From the IMG/VR virus record IMGVR_UViG_3300023184_009405: a stretch of DNA of 64,000 bases; one strand, 5' to 3'. Every line of letters starts with the position of its first letter. Positions within the stretch are counted from its first letter, which is position 1. This document shows, piece by piece, positions 56,989 through 64,000 of the stretch. The translations under genes were made by a program, and so were the position numbers. Under the pieces are notes generated by a model. It did no database searches and was not told the DNA's origin. It was given only the letters and a program-made list of their open reading frames with translations. Source of the DNA: an uncultured virus (IMG/VR IMGVR_UViG_3300023184_009405) (lineage: Duplodnaviria > Heunggongvirae > Uroviricota > Caudoviricetes).

Positions 56989-57975
56989 ATGTTTGAAATT
57001 AAATATTCTTTTGGATATGACAAGATTTGTTTAATACCTAGATTAAAATCAACTTTGACATCTAGAGATCACACAGATACAAATGTTTCTTTTGCAAACC
57101 ATAGCATTTCCTGCCCTTTAATTGCATCTCCAATGCCAGATGTTTGCGAAAGTGACATGGCTATAGCATTATTTAAACTAGGTGCATTTGGCATAATTCA
57201 CCGTTTTATGAGTAAAGAAGAGCAAGTAAGGCATTACAAAAAAGTTTTGGAAAATAATTGTAATGCTGCTAGTTCAATAGGAATTAATGGAGATTGGCAG
57301 GAAAGATATGAAGATTTAAAGCAAGCTGGATGTAATGTTTTTTGTATTGATGTTGCAAATGGTTTTAGTTCAAATGTTGAAAGCGTAATTGATTATTTAA
57401 AAAGAGATAATGTTTATATCATTGCTGGAAATGTTGCATCTAAAGAGGGATATCAATATTTGGATGATTTAGGAGTAAACGCTATAAGAGTAGGGATAGC
57501 TGGAGGTAAAGTTTGCAGTACCAAGGATGAAACTGGCGTTTTATCGCCAATGGCTTCTACTATTATTGAAATATCGGAATTTAAAAAAGAAAATAATTTA
57601 AAAGCATTAATTATTGCGGATGGTGGCATTAAGCAACCAGCAGATTTATGCAAAGCCTTAGCTTTAGGGGCAGATGTAGTTATGGCTGGAAGTATATTTG
57701 CAGGTACTGATGAAGCTCCAGGCAATGTAATAAAGGATAGTGCTGGTAAAATGCATAAGCTTTTCAGAGGTGCAGCATCTTTTTCAACGCAAAAATATAT
57801 TACTGGAAAGAAACCAACTTATGTAGAAGGAATTGAAACTTTTGTTGATTATGTTGGTTCTGTAGAAAAAATTGTAGAAAGATTTAACAGGGGACTAAAG
57901 TCATCTATGAGTTATTTTAATTCTTGCAACTTAAGTGAATATAAAGAAAATGTAAGCTGGTCTATAGTTTTATAA
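56989..57975 (+). CDS. IMP dehydrogenase / GMP reductase family, lacking CBS domains
   Basis: ASPM..V, GIIHRF, IDVANG, AGNV, VGIAGG..CST (catalytic Cys), IIADGGI, KALALGAD.VM.G, FRG. Confidence 0.9.
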   Translation: MFEIKYSFGYDKICLIPRLKSTLTSRDHTDTNVSFANHSISCPLIASPMPDVCESDMAIALFKLGAFGIIHRFMSKEEQVRHYKKVLENNCNAASSIGINGDWQERYEDLKQAGCNVFCIDVANGFSSNVESVIDYLKRDNVYIIAGNVASKEGYQYLDDLGVNAIRVGIAGGKVCSTKDETGVLSPMASTIIEISEFKKENNLKALIIADGGIKQPADLCKALALGADVVMAGSIFAGTDEAPGNVIKDSAGKMHKLFRGAASFSTQKYITGKKPTYVEGIETFVDYVGSVEKIVERFNRGLKSSMSYFNSCNLSEYKENVSWSIVL

Positions 57976-58057
57976 TAAATTAAAAAATAATTTATTAAAA
58001 TTAAAGTTAGTTATTATTATAAACAATAGATAATGTTAACTTTAAAAAAAGGCATGT

Positions 58058-58705
58058 ATGGAGAAGTATTTAGAATACGAATTTATTAAAGATAATGATT
58101 TAAATATTTGTTACAAGAAAGGTCTTGCATATCAAAATGATATGAAACAAAGTATAGATTATGACAATGATTATTTTGAACATTATGTAGTTTTAGAAGA
58201 CACAGAAATATCAAAAAGGATTAATGCTGTTAGAACTAATCTTACAGAAAAACATGTAAAATGTTTAATAGATGTTGGAATTGGTAGTGGAGAATTCATA
58301 AAAAAATCTAAATGTAAAACATATGGATTTGATATTAATCAAAAGGGAATTAGTTGGTTAAAGGAAAGGAATAAGTTTGTTGATATTTACAACGAAACTA
58401 TTCCTGAAGATGTTAAAGGATGGACTTTTTGGGATTGCTTGGAGCATGTCCCAGAGCATTCAAAAATATTTAATTTATTGCAAAAAGATCAATATTTATT
58501 TTTATCTTTGCCTTATTTTGAAAATTTGGATAAAATTAGAGAGAGTAAGCATTATAAGCCTAACGAGCATTATTATTACTTTACTCAAAATGGACTAATT
58601 GATTACATGCAAGATTGTGGTTTTGAATTAGTAGAATATAACTTCGATGAAACAAAAGCAGGAAGAAGCAACATAATAGCATGTTGTTTTAAGAAAAATG
58701 GCTAA
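58058..58705 (+). CDS. SAM-dependent methyltransferase
   Basis: IDVGIGSG, GFDIN, FWDCLEH, EH.YYF. Confidence 0.85.
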   Translation: MEKYLEYEFIKDNDLNICYKKGLAYQNDMKQSIDYDNDYFEHYVVLEDTEISKRINAVRTNLTEKHVKCLIDVGIGSGEFIKKSKCKTYGFDINQKGISWLKERNKFVDIYNETIPEDVKGWTFWDCLEHVPEHSKIFNLLQKDQYLFLSLPYFENLDKIRESKHYKPNEHYYYFTQNGLIDYMQDCGFELVEYNFDETKAGRSNIIACCFKKNG

Positions 58706-59603
58706 AAAAGTATTTGTTACTGGCGGATCTGGATTTGTAGGTTGGAATTTGACTAATTTTTTACTTGATCAGGGTTATAAAGTATTTACTACTTATAATG
58801 GTGGTGGAAACTTGCCTGATAAAAGGGCTGAGATAATTTCTAGAAATTATTTTGGCATAAATATAGAAAATCATAAATTCGATGTAGTTTTTCATACAGC
58901 AGCAAACAATGATGCTCGTTGTCAAAATGTAAAATATCTCTATGACTTAAATGTTAAAGATACAGAAACATTATTTAATGTTTGTTATAACAATGGCTGT
59001 AGGAATTTTATATATTCTTCAAGTACAGCTATTTATGGAAGTCAGCCTATTCCTTACATAGAAGATGAAACAAAAATTGATCCTTTGAATTATTATGGTT
59101 TATCTAAAGCTAATATGGAACATGCTGTAAATAGATTTTTGCAAAATAAAAAAGACTGTGTTGCAATTGCTTTGCGTTATTGTAATGTTTATGGATTTGG
59201 TGAATTTCATAAAAATAGTCGAGCTAGTATGATTTATCAAATGCTACACAAAAAGATTTTCAAGCAACCTTTGAGTTTATTTAAAGATGGAAATCAAAGA
59301 AGAGATTGGGTTTATGTAGAAGATGTAGTACAGGCAAATTATTTAGCTTCTAAATATGAAAAAAGTGATTATTTCAATGTTGGCTCTGGAATTTCTACAT
59401 CATTCAATGAATTGGTAGAAATAATGAATTTTAAAAATATAAATTATATTGATTGCCCATTTGAAAAAGAATATCAGAGTCACACTCTTTGTGGTTTAGA
59501 TAAAATAAGCAAATGCATTGGTTATAAACCAAAAAATGATATTAAAGTAAATATTTTGAATTTAGAAAAAAAATTAAGGGATTACTTTAAATTGAAAGAC
59601 TGA
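58698..59603 (+). CDS. NAD-dependent epimerase (HldD/RfaD-like)
   Basis: VTGGSGFVG, YSSSTAIYG, PLNYYGLSK, LRY.NVYG..E.HK...AS, RDWVYV.DV, NVGSG, YQ..T. Confidence 0.8.
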   Translation: MAKKVFVTGGSGFVGWNLTNFLLDQGYKVFTTYNGGGNLPDKRAEIISRNYFGINIENHKFDVVFHTAANNDARCQNVKYLYDLNVKDTETLFNVCYNNGCRNFIYSSSTAIYGSQPIPYIEDETKIDPLNYYGLSKANMEHAVNRFLQNKKDCVAIALRYCNVYGFGEFHKNSRASMIYQMLHKKIFKQPLSLFKDGNQRRDWVYVEDVVQANYLASKYEKSDYFNVGSGISTSFNELVEIMNFKNINYIDCPFEKEYQSHTLCGLDKISKCIGYKPKNDIKVNILNLEKKLRDYFKLKD

Positions 59604-60375
59604 AATTATTTTCTTGATAAATTTCTTTTAATTTATTAATTGCTTTTGAAAGAATAACTCTAAGTCCATAGTTTGAATAGCTTTTGCCATTTGATTTTAA
59701 AATTATATTTTTAGCTTCTTTAACCCATTGTCTTCCTAGTTTAAATTTAAGTTCTATAGCCTTTGTTTCTTTGTCATTTAAATTGCATTTGCTTATTATT
59801 TTTTCAAAAGAAAATTCTTCACTACTAAGATCAAATTGATTATTTTCTCCAAAGATTTCTTTGTAGATTGAGAATTGTTCAAAATTAACATGATTTGAAT
59901 AAAACTTAATGTCAATTTTGCAATTTTTTTGTCTGTATTTTATTTGTTGAATTTTTGAAGCTATTGCACGAAAAAGATAATTAGTGAATTTAATATTATT
60001 TTTTGTGTAATACCAAACGCATTTTTTGAAAACTATATAAGCTTCATTAATGAAATCACTATGCATGTAATAACTTTTACTTTTTTTGAAAAGTCTAGAA
60101 ACAGTATAAGTTATAAATTTTTTATATTTTTCAAACATAAAAGGTTCAAGTTTTGAAATTTGATTAATAACATGGAAGTCTTCTTCCCATTCTTTAATTT
60201 TTTCATTAGGTATTAAAGATTTAATGCTTTCAGGATTGCTCCAAAACATACATAAAAACTTAAAATGTTTTTTGCCAAAAAGAAGCTTGCTCCATTTAAA
60301 TGTAATTTTATTTGATTCTGCTAAAAAATCAAAAATTTCTTGATCACTAATAAATTTCGCATTCATTACACACAT
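59587..60375 (-). CDS. Divergent sigma-factor-like protein
   Basis: D...EAY..F.KCV..Y....IKF..Y (region 2-like); L...E..AIE.KF and C-terminal ..KAI.KLK (region 4-like). Confidence 0.55.
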   Translation of the reverse strand: MCVMNAKFISDQEIFDFLAESNKITFKWSKLLFGKKHFKFLCMFWSNPESIKSLIPNEKIKEWEEDFHVINQISKLEPFMFEKYKKFITYTVSRLFKKSKSYYMHSDFINEAYIVFKKCVWYYTKNNIKFTNYLFRAIASKIQQIKYRQKNCKIDIKFYSNHVNFEQFSIYKEIFGENNQFDLSSEEFSFEKIISKCNLNDKETKAIELKFKLGRQWVKEAKNIILKSNGKSYSNYGLRVILSKAINKLKEIYQENNFSLSI

Positions 60376-60412
60376 CCCTTTGTTTTATTCTATCTCAGCC
60401 ATAAAATAGAAT

Positions 60413-61243
60413 ATGAAATTATTTGAAGAGTTTGACACACAATACTTAGGATCAGAAAGATATTCTCTTTATCAATATAATAAGGTAGATAACTATCTGA
60501 TTAAAAATTCATTGAAGTTTTTCCTATTCAACACCAGTGAAAAAAACCTAGAAAACTGCTTAGTGCAATATGAGCTTTTAAGATCAATAGATGTTTCTCC
60601 GATCATACTGACTCCAAATTTAGATTACTTCATTAAAAACAAAATACCAGAAAAAAATCTTATAGAAACAGATGGCTTTTCTTATGTAAATTGCTTTAAC
60701 GAAATTATCAAATACTCCAGTTCAAATTATATTTTTATTATCAACTCAAATATAATATTAGATAATTTGGATCATATTGTCAATAGATTTTATGTAACAT
60801 ATCAGAATTTTTCTGATAAAGTTGCAGGATGGTCTATTAATATAAAAAATTCTTTTAAGAATAAAGTATATCATGAGTTTAAAATAGATGAGAATATTTA
60901 TTTTTCTCCTAGGCTTTCATTAGATTTCATTTGTGTTAAAAGCGAATATTTAAAAAAAATTGGTTTATTATCATACATTAGAGATAATGAAGAATGTCAA
61001 GGATTGGATTATTTATTGGGATGGCTAGTTCAGGCAAATGGAGAATATTTAATAAGCGATTTAAATATTGATTTAAATTTAATCGAAGAAAAAAACGATG
61101 AAGAATCTTTAACTGATGAACAAAAATTAAATAAAATTATAGAAAAACAATATTTTTTCTTTGAAGTAAATAAAAATGTTCATTGTTTAAATGAAGATTT
61201 TTTTGGTTTTTGGAAAGGAAATCTTGTTCAATTGGAATTATAA
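60413..61243 (+). CDS. Glycosyltransferase-like (degenerate GT-A) protein
   Basis: ...FN..I....YIFIINS.I and GLDY patterns; sits in a glycosylation cluster. Confidence 0.4.
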   Translation: MKLFEEFDTQYLGSERYSLYQYNKVDNYLIKNSLKFFLFNTSEKNLENCLVQYELLRSIDVSPIILTPNLDYFIKNKIPEKNLIETDGFSYVNCFNEIIKYSSSNYIFIINSNIILDNLDHIVNRFYVTYQNFSDKVAGWSINIKNSFKNKVYHEFKIDENIYFSPRLSLDFICVKSEYLKKIGLLSYIRDNEECQGLDYLLGWLVQANGEYLISDLNIDLNLIEEKNDEESLTDEQKLNKIIEKQYFFFEVNKNVHCLNEDFFGFWKGNLVQLEL

Positions 61244-61245
61244 AT

Positions 61246-62001
61246 TTAGGTTTTGATGGAATCAAATAATTTATTTACTAATTTCAAATAATCGTATTTA
61301 TAATGTGGATTTAAGATTATATCACCAATTTCAAATTTATTTTCTTTCTTTTGATTTTCTACAATTTCATTAGTTTCTTTAGCAAAATCACAAAGTTCAT
61401 AAGGTGCAATTCCAGAAGCATGATAACTTCCAGTTTGCGACCATCTATAAATATAAAAAATTTCGTTCTTCTTAATTTCAATACTTGGGTTTTTAATAAC
61501 TTTCGTTATGGTATTCAATAAAGAGCAATCTATTGATCCTTTATCAATGGTTAAGTAACCACCAATTTTTTCCCAGTTTTCTCTTGTTATAGCAAGATTA
61601 CAGTGAAAAACATTGTTGCTAAAAATTAATTTTTTGAAGTCTTCTTCAAAAATGCCTTGTCCTGTATGAAATAAACCATCATGCATATATCTTAAAGTTG
61701 TTGTCATTCTCCAAGGAAGATAAATATCATCATCTTCCCAAGGCATAAAAATATCACCAGTACATAAAGATACTGATTTGTTAAACTTTTCACCTAAAGG
61801 GGTTATTCTTTCGTTAATGTTGAAAATTTTAACTTGTGGATGTTCAAATATTATGTTCTGTTCCGCACAATCATTTAAGATTACAAGTTCCTTTTCTCCT
61901 TTGTAATCTTGTTGTAGGAAACTATGTACTGCTTCTTCTAGAACTCTAGGTCTTGCGAATGTGCAGCAATAACAACTTATTTTTGGCAGGGTTTCAATCA
62001 T
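61246..62001 (-). CDS. GT2 family glycosyltransferase
   Basis: ISCYCCTF.R...LEEAV.SFL.QDY.G.KELVILND, WEDDDIYLP. Confidence 0.85.
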   Translation of the reverse strand: MIETLPKISCYCCTFARPRVLEEAVHSFLQQDYKGEKELVILNDCAEQNIIFEHPQVKIFNINERITPLGEKFNKSVSLCTGDIFMPWEDDDIYLPWRMTTTLRYMHDGLFHTGQGIFEEDFKKLIFSNNVFHCNLAITRENWEKIGGYLTIDKGSIDCSLLNTITKVIKNPSIEIKKNEIFYIYRWSQTGSYHASGIAPYELCDFAKETNEIVENQKKENKFEIGDIILNPHYKYDYLKLVNKLFDSIKT

Positions 62002-62002
62002 A

Positions 62003-62794
62003 TTAATTTCCTTTATAATTATCAATTAAAAGTTTAAATACTTCAGAGTATGGATAATATCTTTCATCTAAAGATTGTTTTTCATAGTTTTCTTTTGGAA
62101 TATTACCAAGAACATTTTTCATTCTTTCATTTAAATTATTTTTTTCCATGAATTTAAAAAATGTATCATTTTTATTATCAATATATAAATTACTCGAACC
62201 TACTTTTCTTGAATGAATAGCTATAACATCATCAACAATAGCAATTTTTTTATCAGGGTAGCCTAATATTTTTGGCCATAAAAAATCTAAACCATGACCT
62301 ATTGGAGAACTGTCGAAGGTATTTATACATTTAGCTAGAGCATCAGATGAAAAGCATGGCATCATAATTTCAACAAAATTTGTATATCTTAACAAGTATT
62401 CAAATCTATTAAGTGTAATTAAATGAGAGTAATAGCCAATTAGTGAAGGCTGTGCTAATATTAAATGATGTTCATTGAATATTTTAAAGAAATCATTAAT
62501 AGTTTTTGTTTTTAAAAAAATGTCATCGTCAGGCATTAAAATATTTTTATATTTTTTGAAAAATTTAATATTTTCGTAATAATACTTCTTAATAATATTA
62601 AATTTATATCCTTTTATATTGATAAAATGATCATAAGTTTTAAATTTATTTTTGAATTTTTCTTTATTATCACCATAATAAATAACTAGTAATTCATATT
62701 TTCTTTCATTTTGATTTTCAAAAAATAAATGTGCTGGATTATCTCCAGCACACAATATTACCAAGTTTTTATCACCATAATTATTAAAAAGCAT
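62003..62794 (-). CDS. GT-A glycosyltransferase-like (DUF707-like) protein
   Basis: PDDD, LAQPSL, R.TNFVEIM.P.FS, G.GLD..W, IVD....H.R. Confidence 0.75.
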   Translation of the reverse strand: MLFNNYGDKNLVILCAGDNPAHLFFENQNERKYELLVIYYGDNKEKFKNKFKTYDHFINIKGYKFNIIKKYYYENIKFFKKYKNILMPDDDIFLKTKTINDFFKIFNEHHLILAQPSLIGYYSHLITLNRFEYLLRYTNFVEIMMPCFSSDALAKCINTFDSSPIGHGLDFLWPKILGYPDKKIAIVDDVIAIHSRKVGSSNLYIDNKNDTFFKFMEKNNLNERMKNVLGNIPKENYEKQSLDERYYPYSEVFKLLIDNYKGN

Positions 62795-62796
62795 AA

Positions 62797-63072
62797 TTAT
62801 AATTCAACAAATCCGCCAAACCTCATGGTTTCGCCAGTTTTATCAAATCCCATTCCTCCTAATAAATGTTTTATTTTTGTTTTATCTAAATCTACTTCGT
62901 ATTTGTTTCTTTCTATGAATTCTTCGAAAGCTTTTAAATCTATAAAATTGACTTTTTTCTTTTTTAGAGCATCAATACTTTTATTTAAAGAAATATTATC
63001 ATTTAAAATGGATGAAGATACCCATTTTTTAATTACATTAGGCAAGTTTGTATTTTTATATGCTTTTACCAT
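62797..63072 (-). CDS. Hypothetical protein
   Basis: 91-aa ORF, AAGGA RBS. Confidence 0.6.
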   Translation of the reverse strand: MVKAYKNTNLPNVIKKWVSSSILNDNISLNKSIDALKKKKVNFIDLKAFEEFIERNKYEVDLDKTKIKHLLGGMGFDKTGETMRFGGFVEL

Positions 63073-63133
63073 GAGTAATCCTTTTAATTAGAATTTATAT
63101 AATATTATTATAGTTTGATAAATTGTGTTTAAA

Positions 63134-64000
63134 TTAAATTTTTAAATTCTTTTTTACATTTGAAGAGAATTTTTTATAATTAACGAAATCATAGATAACA
63201 TTGTTGATGTTTTTTACTTTATTATAAAAATAAGGATGATTTAATCCATAGGTTTCAGTTTTAATTATTACTTTTAATTCATCAATACATTCAGTGGCAA
63301 CTATGCTTAAAAAACTATCAATGCCAATAAATGCATTTGCTTTTTTAACAATATCAATACTTTCGTTTATAGTTGTTTGTGTTGATAGATTAACAACATT
63401 ATGATGCGTGATATTCATTTCGTAACCAGATAATATTACACCTTGCATTTTTAATGTTTTGTCTAATATTTTAAATGTTTCTGTAAAATCCCAAGGTTTA
63501 AAACATCTATCTTGAGATGTAAATGGCACTATTACACAATATTTTTCTTTTATGAAAGAAAACTTTTTGTCTAATTTATTACCACATAAATCTTTGTGCC
63601 AATAACTTGAATTTGTAGGAATCCTTCTAAGTGTTTTTTTATAATTATTTAAAGATTGCATATCTTTAGTTGCATTTAGAAATATATCATGTTGTATAAA
63701 TATTTTATTTTTATTTAATTTTTCTTTTTCAACTATGTTGAAAATAATTGATCTTAACCAATGTAAATCGAAGCAAAATTTTATATTGTTTTGCGGATTA
63801 TACCCAGTATCAAATGGATAACTTAAAATTTTAATTTGTGTTTGCGGATTATAATTATAATTACTTCTAATTAATTTTTCTACTAAATTAGCTTTTGGAT
63901 TTAATGGATGAAATGGATTCCATATGTAAATTTTTTTTATTTTTGATCTTATTTCATTGTTTAAAAAGCTATCAAAAAGCAAGAAATCACCTATGGCACC
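63134..64000 (-). CDS. GT9-like glycosyltransferase, 5' end outside the window; paralog of 18252-19100
   Basis: Frame open to the edge (GAIGDFLLFDSFL vs KAIGDFIAFESFL); NLS..T...ESIDIV...FIGIDSFLS. Confidence 0.8.
   Translation of the reverse strand, partial: GAIGDFLLFDSFLNNEIRSKIKKIYIWNPFHPLNPKANLVEKLIRSNYNYNPQTQIKILSYPFDTGYNPQNNIKFCFDLHWLRSIIFNIVEKEKLNKNKIFIQHDIFLNATKDMQSLNNYKKTLRRIPTNSSYWHKDLCGNKLDKKFSFIKEKYCVIVPFTSQDRCFKPWDFTETFKILDKTLKMQGVILSGYEMNITHHNVVNLSTQTTINESIDIVKKANAFIGIDSFLSIVATECIDELKVIIKTETYGLNHPYFYNKVKNINNVIYDFVNYKKFSSNVKKNLKI

Noticed and set aside
4204..63091. Short overlapping or antisense track ORFs (e.g. 4204, 4991, 7948, 8437, 9666, 13108, 14351, 14712, 16175, 20343, 20645, 21095, 25677, 26207, 27183, 33001, 34105, 37254, 37614, 37816, 39074, 40596, 43198, 48250, 48937, 49290, 52356, 52756, 53120, 56291, 57453, 58377, 62729)
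   Set aside because: They lie within or opposite better-supported genes and show no motifs or convincing RBS.
1..64000. Genome-wide stop-codon reassignment (code 4, 25 or 15)
   Set aside because: Long conserved genes are intact under code 11, Trp uses TGG, and TGA/TAG end genes at expected places, so any UGA readthrough must be site-specific.

Overview
Very AT-rich, gene-dense 64-kb segment that reads as part of a jumbo/huge bacteriophage genome. Several proteins resemble Planctomycetota (Gemmataceae-like) families, which suggests the host (inference). Contents: a DnaE (Pol III alpha) split over two genes with no intein; a complete PrkA/YeaG-YeaH-SpoVR operon with a 407-aa intein in SpoVR; host-takeover genes (bS21, peptide deformylase, IF-3, GroES, DnaJ, CsrA, ClpX, PhoH, two sigma-like factors); an ADP-heptose/glycosylation set (HldE, HldD-like epimerase, several GT9/GT2 enzymes); IMPDH/GMPR, dNMP kinase, HNH and TnsA-like nucleases, papain- and astacin-like peptidases; and many short-leader TAAATA-promoter genes whose proteins begin with a T4 capsid-targeting-like FKxFxE motif. 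The most striking signal is three in-frame UGA codons (7548, 21217 on the minus strand, 52171). Each is followed by a G-loop hairpin at bacterial SECIS spacing, and one places GGUC at exactly the positions of the E. coli fdhF SECIS loop. This points to phage-encoded selenoproteins of unfamiliar families that the ORF track truncates. I recognised no tRNA, rRNA or CRISPR array. All assignments come from reading motifs by eye; no database searches or folding programs were run.
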